Assembly: GCA_035714115.1 (NCBI GenBank)
Contig: DASTMO010000075.1
Coordinates: forward strand, 10,291-74,290
Reading direction: 5' to 3'
From: Alphaproteobacteria bacterium
GTDB taxonomy: Bacteria; Pseudomonadota; Alphaproteobacteria; SMXQ01
Length of the DNA stretch: 64,000 bases
The notes under the pieces are model-generated. The model was not told the origin of the DNA, ran no database searches, and saw only the letters and a program-made list of their open reading frames with translations. The position numbers were made by a program, and so were the translations under genes. Positions 1-8,881 of this stretch are shown here, in pieces; position 1 is the first letter of the stretch, and each line of letters opens with the position of its first letter.

Positions 1-807
1 CGCATCGTCGCCCGCCATCGTGCCTGTGTGGCTCGCCGCGGCGACCCGCGCCGCCTCGCTGCGGCCGATCTTCAGCACGATCAGCGGCTTGCCCGCCGCC
101 AGCGCGCGCGCGGCGGCGTCGAGGAACTCCTTGGGCTTGCGCACGCCTTCGATCATGCAGGCGATCAGCTTGGTATGCGGATCGGCAATCAGGAAATCGA
201 TGTAATCGGCGAAGCCGAGATCGAGCTCGTTGCCGCTCGAGACCGCGTAGGAGAAGCCCAGGCCGCGCACTGCCGCCTGCTGCAGCCAGAACTGGAAAGT
301 GCCGCCCGACTGGAAAACAACGCCGCACGGCCCCGGCGGTAAGTCGCGGATGCGGCTCGACGGATAGAGCAGCAGGTTTTCGCGCAAGGCCAGAGCGCCC
401 ATGCAATTGGGCCCGACAAAGCGGATGCCGTAGCGCTCGCGCAAGTCCAGCAGAGCGTCGGCCCGCTTCTGACCGACGGGATCGTTGCCCTCGCCGAACT
501 GCGCGGCGAAGACGATGGCGCAGCGCAAGCCGTTCTCGGCGCCTTCGCGCAACGTGTCGGGAATGACGTCGGACGGGATGATCGTCAGCGCCAGATCGAC
601 CGGACGGCCGATCGAGGCGAAATCGGGATAGACCTTGCGGCCCCACAATTCGTCGCGCTTGGGATTGACGAGAAAGAGCTCGGCGCTCGGATTCGACGCG
701 GCGTAGTTGGCATAGATCGCTTCGGGCCAGCCACCGCGGCTTTTGTCCGTCGCGCCCACGAGGGCGATCGATTTGGCCTGAAAAAGCGGCTCGGCGGCGA
801 GACTCAT
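1..807 (-). CDS. CoA-binding domain protein (ADP-forming acyl-CoA synthetase-like); C-terminus runs off the window edge
   Basis: The minus-strand frame is open from ATG at 805-807 to position 1. The translation MSLAAEPLFQAKSIALVGATDKSRGGWPEAIYANY...FVGPNCMGAL...VFQSGG has the succinyl-CoA-synthetase-alpha-like CoA-binding fold and a ligase-CoA domain. It is absent from the ORF track only because it is truncated. Confidence 0.6.
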   Translation of the reverse strand, partial: MSLAAEPLFQAKSIALVGATDKSRGGWPEAIYANYAASNPSAELFLVNPKRDELWGRKVYPDFASIGRPVDLALTIIPSDVIPDTLREGAENGLRCAIVFAAQFGEGNDPVGQKRADALLDLRERYGIRFVGPNCMGALALRENLLLYPSSRIRDLPPGPCGVVFQSGGTFQFWLQQAAVRGLGFSYAVSSGNELDLGFADYIDFLIADPHTKLIACMIEGVRKPKEFLDAAARALAAGKPLIVLKIGRSEAARVAAASHTGTMAGDDA

Positions 808-1091
808 CGGTTTCTCATCCTCGCAGGCTGTCTCGCCGAGCAGGCTCGGAAAGCGAACGTCGAAGGTGCGGCCGAACGCCGAACCTATTCCTCTTTGGCG
901 TACCCCGCGCGGCCGCCTGCCGAGAAGCGTTCAAAAGGTTTCTGGTCGGTTGAAGATTCTTCAATAATAAAACCGCTCACTTGCGGGTCCGCTTCCCTAC
1001 ACTCCGATGACATGATTCAGCGCGGCCATAGTCGGCTTTTGCGCAACGTCCCGCTTTTCCGTGCATGCACAGACCATCGAGGGGGAGTTCA

Positions 1092-2135
1092 ATGTTCATC
1101 GTGAAGCATGGCGCCATCGGCGCCGCCATTTTCTGCGCCGCGTCCTTCAACTCTGCGGCGCAAGCGCAAACGCCCTATTACCAGGGCAAGACGATCAACG
1201 TGATCATCGGCTCGGGAGTCGGCGGCGGCTACGACGTCTACGGCCGCCTGTTGGCGCAGTTCCTCGGCAAGCATATTCCGGGCAACCCGCGCTTCATCGT
1301 TGAGAACCGACCCGGCGCGAGCACGCGCACAGCGACGACTTACGTGTCCAAAATCGCGCCGAAGGACGGCACCGTGATCGGCAATTCGGTCAACACGCTG
1401 CCGTTCGACCAGTTCCTCTATCCGAAGGACAAGCGCGAGTACGACCTGACGAAGGTCCAATATATCGGCAACATGGCGGCGCTGACTGGCATTCTCGTCG
1501 TCAACGCCTCGACCGGCATCAAGACGATCCAGGAGCTGAAGACCAAAGAAGTGGTCATCGGCACCAACAGCAAATCCTCCGAAACCTACATCGTTCCGGC
1601 GGTACTGAAGGAGATCGGCGGCTACAAGCTCAAAGTCGTCCACGGCTTCCCTGGCAGCGTGAACGAGATCGATCTGGCGATGGAGCGCAACGAAGTCTCC
1701 GGCCGCGCCGGCTCATGGTCGGGCTATACCACGCTCAATCCCAATTGGGCCAACGAGGGCAAGCTGGTGCCGCTGGTGCAGGCCGGCACGCAGGAAGCGA
1801 GCTATCTCGCCGGCAAGGGCGTGCCCTTCCTCGAGGACATCGCCCAGAACGAGACTGAGAAAGCCATCTATACCGCCATCTCGATGGGCTCGATGTTCTC
1901 GCGCGCCTATTGGGTCGCGCCGGAGGTGCCGGCGGCGCAGGTCGCCATCCTGCGCACCGCGTTCGACTCATTGATGAAGGATCCCGATTTCCTGAAATGG
2001 TGCGCCAGCCGCAGCATCGAAATCACGCCGTCGAACGGCGCCGAGGTGAACCAGTCGCTCAAGAAGATGGAAGCGATGATCGGCAGCTTGAAGCCCAACG
2101 AGCTCGAGCTGCTGCAGAATATCCTGCGCGAATGA
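1092..2135 (+). CDS. TctC/Bug-family tripartite tricarboxylate transporter substrate-binding protein (orphan)
   Basis: GAGGGGGAG RBS precedes ATG at 1092. A signal peptide (MFIVKHGAIGAAIFCAASFNSAAQA) is followed by the Bug/TctC hallmarks YYQGKTINVIIGSGVGGGYD and NRPGA. No tctA/tctB gene is nearby. Confidence 0.85.
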   Translation: MFIVKHGAIGAAIFCAASFNSAAQAQTPYYQGKTINVIIGSGVGGGYDVYGRLLAQFLGKHIPGNPRFIVENRPGASTRTATTYVSKIAPKDGTVIGNSVNTLPFDQFLYPKDKREYDLTKVQYIGNMAALTGILVVNASTGIKTIQELKTKEVVIGTNSKSSETYIVPAVLKEIGGYKLKVVHGFPGSVNEIDLAMERNEVSGRAGSWSGYTTLNPNWANEGKLVPLVQAGTQEASYLAGKGVPFLEDIAQNETEKAIYTAISMGSMFSRAYWVAPEVPAAQVAILRTAFDSLMKDPDFLKWCASRSIEITPSNGAEVNQSLKKMEAMIGSLKPNELELLQNILRE

Positions 2136-2145
2136 GGCCGCTCGA

Positions 2146-3078
2146 CTAGTCGAACAGCTTGTCGAGGTTCTTGTCCCACGGCCGCTCCTTGAACCAGGCG
2201 GCGAGGTAGTTCACGAGCAACCGCACCTTCTTCGGCGTGTGGCGGTTGTGGGCGAACAGGATGTAGACCGGTCGTTCGACCGTCGGCAGATGCTTCATGA
2301 TGCGCTTAAGCGTGCCGTCTCGTAGGTCCTGGCTGATGTAATAGGTCGGCAGCATGGCGATGCCGAGCCCGGCGATGGCGGCGCGGCGGATCGACAACAC
2401 GCTGTTCGAATAGAACACGCCCGAGACCTTGACGTTGGATTTGCGCCCCGCGCCAGGGAAGCGCCACATCCGGTCGGGCGACAGCCGCAGATGCACCAGG
2501 CATTTGGCGTCGGCCAGATCATCGACGCTGCGTGGCTCCGGATTGCTCTTCAAGAAGGACGGGGCGGCGCAGACGATCCAGCGCAGCGCGGCGATCTTGC
2601 GCGCGACGATATAGGACTTCTCCGGCAGAGCCGACAGGCGGATCGCCACATCGAATCCCTCGTTGGCGAAGTCGAACGACCGCGTGAAGGAATCGTCGAG
2701 AATCAGCGTGACGTTGATGTCGGGATGGGCGACGGCGAAATCGGCGATCGCCGTCGAGAGATGAATGCCGCCGAAAGATTTGGGCGCGATGATCCGGATG
2801 GGCCCGTGGGGCGCGACGCGGGTCTGGGTGATCTCGGCGTCCTGCCGCTCGAGATCGCCGAGGAAGCCGCGGCAAAATTCGTAATATTTCTCGCCCGCGT
2901 CGGTCAGCGAGATTTTACGCGTGGTGCGGTGGAACAGCCGAGCGCCCAGGCGATTCTCCAGATCGACCACATGCTTGGTGATCAAGGCGCGCGACGCGCC
3001 GAGCTTTTCCGCCGCCGCCGCGAAACTGCCCGCCGCCGCCACCTCGACGAAACTCTGCATCGTTCTTAAGCGATCCAT
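2146..3078 (-). CDS. LysR-family transcriptional regulator
   Basis: N-terminal HTH (MQSFVEVAAAGSFAAAAEKLGASRALITKHVVDLENRLGARLFHR) plus a LysR substrate-binding domain. It is divergent from the SBP-cupin genes. Confidence 0.9.
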   Translation of the reverse strand: MDRLRTMQSFVEVAAAGSFAAAAEKLGASRALITKHVVDLENRLGARLFHRTTRKISLTDAGEKYYEFCRGFLGDLERQDAEITQTRVAPHGPIRIIAPKSFGGIHLSTAIADFAVAHPDINVTLILDDSFTRSFDFANEGFDVAIRLSALPEKSYIVARKIAALRWIVCAAPSFLKSNPEPRSVDDLADAKCLVHLRLSPDRMWRFPGAGRKSNVKVSGVFYSNSVLSIRRAAIAGLGIAMLPTYYISQDLRDGTLKRIMKHLPTVERPVYILFAHNRHTPKKVRLLVNYLAAWFKERPWDKNLDKLFD

Positions 3079-3238
3079 CGGTCTCTCTTTCTTGCCCGGG
3101 CTCCCCGGCGCAGCCCAAAGCCGAATAACTCAAATTCCTGAGAATGCGATAGTTGCTAATGCCGAATAGGCCAATCTGAAATTTGGTGATGCGGTTCAGA
3201 TTACAGTTTAGCTTATGGGCCAAATAATGCGCGGCAGT

Positions 3239-3263
3239 CTTGCACAAGACCAAGCTTGCGCGA
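3239..3263. promoter_or_regulatory. Candidate LysR-type binding site (imperfect dyad CAAG-N6-CTTG) in the divergent intergenic region
   Basis: The sequence cttgcacaagaccaagcttgcgcga contains a partial T-N11-A-type dyad between the LysR gene and the SBP gene. The call is weak. Confidence 0.2.
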
Positions 3264-3291
3264 CGCACAAAACACGCAGGGAGAGAACGTC

Positions 3292-4437
3292 ATGCATCCA
3301 GCGCTCCGGGGGGCGTTTGCCGGTTTGGCTTCGCTATTGGTCGCCGGCGCGGCCCAGGCCGCCGATCTGCCGAAGATGACTCAAAAGATTCTCGGCGAAC
3401 TGAAGCTTCAGCCTTCGCTGATGAACGGCATCGACGATGAATTGAAGGTGCCGCAGGCCTGGCTCGATGCCGCCGCCAAAGAGGGCGAGGTCATCATCAT
3501 GGGCACCTGGCCGGAAAAACAATTTCGGGTAATGGTCCAGCCCTTCACCGAACGCTATCCCGCGATCAAGGTCACCTACGAGCGCAACACCGGCCAGGGC
3601 CGCGGCATGCAGGTGGTGATGGCGCTGCAGAACGGCCGCGTGCTCGCCGACGTGCTGACCAGCATCGCCGACACCTACATCCAATATCAGGAGATGAAGG
3701 CCTTCGCCGATCTGCGCGATCTGCCTGGCATCAAGAACATCCCGCCCGAATATGCGTCGTCTGACGGCACCTGGGTCAGCCACAAGCTGTCCTACCGCTG
3801 CATCGGCTACAACACAGACAGCTTGAAGAAGGCCGATATGCCGGCCAAGTGGGAAGACCTGCTCACCAATCCCAAATGGCGCAACGGCAAGCTGACGCTG
3901 ACCAACCAGCCGAACTCCTGGCTGCTCGGCCTGTGGGAGACCTACGGCGAGGATTGGGGCCGCGATTTCACGCGCCGCCTGTTCGAAGAGGTGAAGCCGC
4001 AGCAGCGCAAGGAAAGCATGACAGCCGCCACCGCGCTCACCGTGTCGGGCGAGCTGTTCGCGACGCTGCCGGCGCCCGAGTGGCAGGTGCAGGGCTATGT
4101 CGATAAGGGCGCGCCGATCAACTACCACTGCCCCGAGCCCGTGCCGATCACGCTGTCGCAGATCGTCCTGCTCGACAAGTCGCCGCGCAAGAACGCCGGC
4201 AAGGTCTTCCTCAACTGGATGCTGAGCCGCGAAGGCCAGATGATGCAGTACTACGATTCTTATGTGGTGCCCGTGCACAAGGATCTGCAGATCCCGCCGT
4301 TCGTGTCGGACTTCGTCAATGTCGCCGGCAAACAGAAGAACGTGCGCGACGAATCCCTGCTTGGCAGCGACATGCAGAAAAAGATGCTCGAGACTTGGAA
4401 CAAGTATTTCGCCGCGACCAGCGGCCGCAACCAATAG
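3292..4437 (+). CDS. ABC transporter periplasmic solute-binding protein (family 1, iron/thiamine-type fold), orphan
   Basis: GGGAGAG RBS, then Met at 3292. Signal peptide MHPALRGAFAGLASLLVAGAAQA. Extracellular solute-binding protein features follow. No permease or ATPase genes are adjacent. Confidence 0.8.
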   Translation: MHPALRGAFAGLASLLVAGAAQAADLPKMTQKILGELKLQPSLMNGIDDELKVPQAWLDAAAKEGEVIIMGTWPEKQFRVMVQPFTERYPAIKVTYERNTGQGRGMQVVMALQNGRVLADVLTSIADTYIQYQEMKAFADLRDLPGIKNIPPEYASSDGTWVSHKLSYRCIGYNTDSLKKADMPAKWEDLLTNPKWRNGKLTLTNQPNSWLLGLWETYGEDWGRDFTRRLFEEVKPQQRKESMTAATALTVSGELFATLPAPEWQVQGYVDKGAPINYHCPEPVPITLSQIVLLDKSPRKNAGKVFLNWMLSREGQMMQYYDSYVVPVHKDLQIPPFVSDFVNVAGKQKNVRDESLLGSDMQKKMLETWNKYFAATSGRNQ

Positions 4438-4458
4438 CCGTCCTCAGGGAGAACAGAC

Positions 4459-4944
4459 ATGTCGCCGACCATCGACACCAATGCCGCCGCCGAAGCGGAG
4501 CTTGAAACGCTCCACACCGAAGCGGAATCGCGCATCACGACCTACAGCTATGCGCGACAGCAGGGCGAGAGCGCGAAATCTCGGGTCAGCCTTGCCAGGA
4601 CCGATCTGGTCAACGCCGTGGTGCAGATCGTCAAGAAGGACGGCGGCGAAAACAACCTGCATTACCACACGGCGATCGACACCTTCTGGATGGTGCTGAA
4701 GGGCCGTGTGCGGTTCTACGGTCCGGGCGACGAGCTGATCGGCGAGTTCGGCCCGATGGAAGGCACCGTCACGCCGCGCTATTCGCGCTATTGGTTCGAG
4801 AACGCGGGCGACGAGGAGCTGGAGCTGCTGCAGGTCGCCGGCTCGACGCGCGCCAAGGACGCCGCGCCGATGGGCGGCCGCACCGACGTCGCGCCGCAGC
4901 GCTTCAAGGTCAACAGCTCGGATCGCTTCTCGGCGGAACGTTAG
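4459..4944 (+). CDS. Cupin-domain protein
   Basis: AGGGAGAA RBS. Conserved-barrel cupin motifs (HYHTAIDTFWMVLKGRVRFYGPGDE). A hairpin terminator follows. Confidence 0.7.
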   Translation: MSPTIDTNAAAEAELETLHTEAESRITTYSYARQQGESAKSRVSLARTDLVNAVVQIVKKDGGENNLHYHTAIDTFWMVLKGRVRFYGPGDELIGEFGPMEGTVTPRYSRYWFENAGDEELELLQVAGSTRAKDAAPMGGRTDVAPQRFKVNSSDRFSAER

Positions 4945-4961
4945 GCAACCGCTCGAAACGC

Positions 4962-4992
4962 AAAGCCCGCCTCAATGAGGCGGGCTTTTTTA
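4962..4992. terminator. Rho-independent terminator (usable in both directions) between the cupin and the convergent TctC gene
   Basis: aaagcccgcctcaatgaggcgggcttttttag is a perfect GC stem plus a T-run. Confidence 0.75.
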
Positions 4993-5033
4993 GGACTGCA
5001 AAATCCATTATTCGCCAAAGGATCGGCCGCTCA

Positions 5034-6059
5034 TCAGTTTGCCGGCCGTTCGATCGCCGCGCGCGCCGACTCCACTACGTCAGGCGACGCCGTGAACATC
5101 TTCTGCACAAGCTGCTGTATCTTTTCACCGCTCACTGGCTGCAGCTCCAACTTCTGCTTGTCGGCCTCGGCGACGAAGGCCGGGTCTTTCATCGTCGCAT
5201 CGAATGCGCGGCGCAACGCCTGCACCCGGTCGGCCGGCACACCCGGCGGCGCGGCGAACGGCCGCCCCATCGCTTGGCCAGCAAGGATCAGCTCAAGCGC
5301 GGCGCGCTCCTTATCGGTGCGCGCCAGCTCCATCACCGTCGGCACATTCGGCATATCCGGATGTTTTTCGACCGAGAACTGCAGCGCCACGGTCAGCTTG
5401 CCTTCGCGCAGCCAATCCGCGCGCGTCGCCTGCGCCGCCGACCAGGTATAGCCGCAGCGGCCCTGCGTCTCGCCGCGCTCCATGGCCAGCATCAGATCGC
5501 TGGCGCCCGGATAACCCGTCACGGTGCGCACGTTGGCGCCGAACAGGTTGCGCAAGATCATCGGATAGGTGTCCGATTCCGAGCCGGCGGCGTTGGCGCC
5601 GAACACGATCTCCTTGGTCAGCAGATCCTGCACGCTCTTGATGCCGACCGTATGCCAGACCGTGCAGATGCTGATCTCATTGTTGGCGCTGCCGATCCAG
5701 TTGATCTCAGACGGCTCGAAGTTCGTGCTCGGCCGCCCGAGCAGGCGGTCCATGGCGACGCTGCGTGCGAAGGTGGCGATGGTCAGGCCGTCCTTCGGAT
5801 TGACGGAGTAGAGCTCGTTGACCGACACCAGGCTCGCCGCGCCCGGCCGGTTCTTGACGATGACGCTCGGGACGCCGGGAATATGCTTGCCGTAGTAATT
5901 GGCGATGACGCGGGCGTAGATGTCGTAGCCGCCGCCCGGCGGATAGCCGACGATTACGTTCAGCGTCTTGCCCTTGTAGAACTCCGCCGGCGTTTCCGCT
6001 TGCGCGGCCGGCGCGGCGAGCGCGATGAGAGCGCCCGCCGCCAGCATCAGCTTTTTCAT
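5034..6059 (-). CDS. TctC/Bug-family substrate-binding protein (orphan)
   Basis: The true start is the internal Met (MKKLMLAAGALIALAAPAAQA signal peptide) within the long 568-aa ORF. It carries the FYKGKTLNVIVGYPPGGGYD Bug signature. Confidence 0.85.
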   Translation of the reverse strand: MKKLMLAAGALIALAAPAAQAETPAEFYKGKTLNVIVGYPPGGGYDIYARVIANYYGKHIPGVPSVIVKNRPGAASLVSVNELYSVNPKDGLTIATFARSVAMDRLLGRPSTNFEPSEINWIGSANNEISICTVWHTVGIKSVQDLLTKEIVFGANAAGSESDTYPMILRNLFGANVRTVTGYPGASDLMLAMERGETQGRCGYTWSAAQATRADWLREGKLTVALQFSVEKHPDMPNVPTVMELARTDKERAALELILAGQAMGRPFAAPPGVPADRVQALRRAFDATMKDPAFVAEADKQKLELQPVSGEKIQQLVQKMFTASPDVVESARAAIERPAN

Positions 6060-6070
6060 GGCGGCCCCCG

Positions 6071-7105
6071 TCACTCGTTCGGCAGCAGGGTGCGGGCCTT
6101 GGCCTTCACCGGCTCGGGCAGCGAATAGAGGTCTTGCACGATCTTCTGGATTTCCTCGCCGCTGATCGGATCGAACTCGAGGCTCTGCTTCTTGAGCGCG
6201 GCCTGGAATTCCGGATCCTGCATGGTCTTCGCATAGGCGGCGCGGATCGCGGCGACCCGGTCGGCCGGCACGCCCGGCCCCATGAAGGACGGATAGCCGG
6301 TCTCGGACGGCGCGCTGATCAGCTCCATCACCTGACGGTCTTCCTGGTTCTTGGCGTAGTCGAGCGCGAGCGGCACATCGGCGGGAATGTCGTGCGCTTT
6401 GCGCAGGCCGAGCTGGACGATCACCTTGACCTTGCCCGACGAGACCCAATCGACCGAGCGGCCGGCGTTCAGCGAGCCCCAGGTAGTGCCGACCTTGCCC
6501 TGCACCTCGCCGCGCTCCATGGCGAGATCGACATCGCCAACGCTCTTGTAGCCCGAGACGATCTTGAATTTGGTGCCGACGAACTGGTTGAGGATCGTCG
6601 GGAAGACGCCAGTGTCTTGCGCCAGCGTGGTCGCGCCGATGACGACTTCTTTCTTCATCGCGTCTTCCAGGGTGCGCACGTCGGTGTTGGCGGTCCAGAC
6701 CGAGCCGACCGAAACGGTGCGCGCCGGGCTGCCGATCCACTGGAACTTGGTCGGCTGGAATTTTGCCTGCGGCCGGTTGAGCAGCGGCGCGAGCATGAAG
6801 CCGCGCGTGATGAAGGCCCAGTTGAGGCCGTCCTGCGCGCCGATCTGCTCGATGTAGTTGGCCAGCACGATGCCGCCCGCACCGGGCATATTACGGACCA
6901 CCAGCGTCGGATTGCCGGGAATGTACTTGCTGATGACCTGCGAAATGTTGCGCGGATAAGCGCCAACGGCGCCGGCACTCTCGCCAGTGCCGATATACAT
7001 ATTGATGACCTTGCCCTTGTAAAACTCCTCGACCGATTGGGCCGAGGCGGACGCGGACACCACGGCGGCGGCAATGGCCGCAGCCGATAAAACCAGCTTC
7101 TTCAT
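6071..7105 (-). CDS. TctC/Bug-family substrate-binding protein (orphan)
   Basis: Signal peptide MKKLVLSAAAIAAAVVSASASA. Bug-family motifs FYKGKVINMYIG...RNMPGAGG. Confidence 0.85.
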   Translation of the reverse strand: MKKLVLSAAAIAAAVVSASASAQSVEEFYKGKVINMYIGTGESAGAVGAYPRNISQVISKYIPGNPTLVVRNMPGAGGIVLANYIEQIGAQDGLNWAFITRGFMLAPLLNRPQAKFQPTKFQWIGSPARTVSVGSVWTANTDVRTLEDAMKKEVVIGATTLAQDTGVFPTILNQFVGTKFKIVSGYKSVGDVDLAMERGEVQGKVGTTWGSLNAGRSVDWVSSGKVKVIVQLGLRKAHDIPADVPLALDYAKNQEDRQVMELISAPSETGYPSFMGPGVPADRVAAIRAAYAKTMQDPEFQAALKKQSLEFDPISGEEIQKIVQDLYSLPEPVKAKARTLLPNE

Positions 7106-7153
7106 CTGAGACTCCCTGTAGTCAGCGTTTTTTGTCGTGACGTGTTTTATTCA

Positions 7154-8881
7154 TCAGCGGCGCGCGACGCCTTTGTCGATGGTCACCCCGTAATCGCGCG
7201 TAGCGGCGTCGGCACTAATATAACCGCGATCCAGATCGCGCTGAATGGCCGCGAGATCGCGCTCGGCAGGCGGTCCATAACCGCCGCCGCCGCCCGTCTC
7301 CAGCGTCACGCGGTCGCCCGCTTCGATCTTGAAACCCTTGGCCTTGCAGACGATCTGCGTCTCGCCGGTGGCGCGTTCGACGACGACGCGGCCCGATTGC
7401 GCCTCCTTGCCGCCCTGCGCGCCCCACGGCGGAAACTTGGTGCGGTCAAGGTTGGTCTGCATGAAGCAGCCGGCGATCATCTTGTAGACCTTGCGGAAAC
7501 CGAGACCGCCGCGGAACTTGCCGGCGCCCGCCGAATCGGCGCGCAGCGAAAAGCTCTCGACCCGATAGGGCAGCAGCGATTCCTGCAGCTCGATGGGGAT
7601 CAGGCGCGTATCGCCATGCGCCATGGTGCGGAACGGCCCGGCGCCGTCATGCGTCGCGCAAGCGCCCCAGCCGCCATGGCCGCTGTCGTGGCCGTCGAAA
7701 TTGCGGCCGTCGGGACGGCGGCCGTAGAGGCGAAAGCCGGAATGGGTGCCGAAATGGCCGCCGGTCACGCGCTCGGGGATCGCTTTCTCCAACGTCTTGA
7801 TCACCGCGTCGATCACTGTGGGAAAGGGCATCGAATAATTGCCCATCGGCGCGGTATCTTCGGCGCTCAGGATCTTGCCCGGCGGCAGGATCAATTTCAG
7901 CGGCCTGAACAGGCCTTCGTTGGCCGGCTCATCCGCCGCCACGAGATATTTGAAAGCGACGCGCGCCGTGGTCAGGCCGCCGCCGAAATAGCCGGAATTG
8001 ACGCAGCCTTTGGCCTGCTCGGCGAGGCCGCTGTAGTCGACCGTCATCTCGTCGCCGGCAATGACCACCTTGACACGCACGGGGATCGGCGTGTCGCCCT
8101 CGCCGTCGTTGTCGAGGAAGGTCTCATGTTCGTAGGTGCCGTCCGGCAGCGCGAGGATGCGCGCGCGGGCTGCCGCCTCGGCCTGATCGAGCATGGTCGC
8201 CATGGCGGTGCGGAAGGTCGGCACGCCGTACTTCTCGGCCAATTGCACCACTTGGTCACGTCCCAAGAGACAGCCGGCCAACTGAGCGGATATGTCGCCC
8301 AAGAGCTCGATCGGCATGCGCGTGTTGGTTTCGATGATGCGCATGACTTCTTCGATCGGCTCGCCCTTCGACCAGATCTTCACCGAGCGCAGCTGCAGCC
8401 CTTCCATGAAGATGTCGGTCGAGCGCGGCGCCGAGCCGCCGATGTCAATCCAATGCACGTTGATCGCGAAGAAGCCGATCAATTCACCTTCTGGCGTCCG
8501 GATCGGCGTGTACATGACCGTGTTGTTGAGATGCTGGCCCTGCACGGCGGCATGGTTGCAGACCGCGACGTCGCCATGGAAGAAGCGGTCCTTGCCGTAG
8601 GTCTTCAAACCATCACGCACCGCAGTGCCGACCGAATCGGCGACGAAGGGCGGCATGCCGCCGGTGCATTGCGCGACCAGCTGACCATCGGCGTCGGTGA
8701 TGCCGACGGCGAAGTCCTTGTACTCGTAGATATAAGGGCTGAAGGCCGTGCGCGTGATGTTGGCGTCGATCTGGTTGGAGATCGAGATCAAGCCGTGGCG
8801 GATCACTTCGAGGGTGATCGGATCGAGCTTGTCGGCAAGTTGCGGTTTGGCGAGCTGGTTCATGTCGATCACTTTCCGCAA
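7154..8881 (-). CDS. hyuB: Hydantoinase B / 5-oxoprolinase B-subunit family protein
   Basis: A 575-aa HyuB-family sequence. It overlaps the upstream HyuA gene by 13 nt, the typical hyuA-hyuB arrangement. Confidence 0.85.
   Translation of the reverse strand: MRKVIDMNQLAKPQLADKLDPITLEVIRHGLISISNQIDANITRTAFSPYIYEYKDFAVGITDADGQLVAQCTGGMPPFVADSVGTAVRDGLKTYGKDRFFHGDVAVCNHAAVQGQHLNNTVMYTPIRTPEGELIGFFAINVHWIDIGGSAPRSTDIFMEGLQLRSVKIWSKGEPIEEVMRIIETNTRMPIELLGDISAQLAGCLLGRDQVVQLAEKYGVPTFRTAMATMLDQAEAAARARILALPDGTYEHETFLDNDGEGDTPIPVRVKVVIAGDEMTVDYSGLAEQAKGCVNSGYFGGGLTTARVAFKYLVAADEPANEGLFRPLKLILPPGKILSAEDTAPMGNYSMPFPTVIDAVIKTLEKAIPERVTGGHFGTHSGFRLYGRRPDGRNFDGHDSGHGGWGACATHDGAGPFRTMAHGDTRLIPIELQESLLPYRVESFSLRADSAGAGKFRGGLGFRKVYKMIAGCFMQTNLDRTKFPPWGAQGGKEAQSGRVVVERATGETQIVCKAKGFKIEAGDRVTLETGGGGGYGPPAERDLAAIQRDLDRGYISADAATRDYGVTIDKGVARR

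Noticed and set aside
3334-4434. 366-aa minus-strand ORF fully inside the ABC SBP gene
   Set aside because: Antisense shadow. The plus-strand SBP has signal peptide, RBS and family features.
4791-6128. 445-aa plus-strand ORF overlapping the cupin 3' end and antisense to the Bug gene
   Set aside because: Arg-rich shadow ORF. The minus-strand Bug protein with its signal peptide is the real gene.
5034-6740. 568-aa extent of the minus-strand ORF containing the Bug protein
   Set aside because: The N-terminal 230 residues are Arg/Gly-rich and run antisense through the neighbouring Bug gene. The true start is the MKKLMLAAG signal-peptide Met at 6059.
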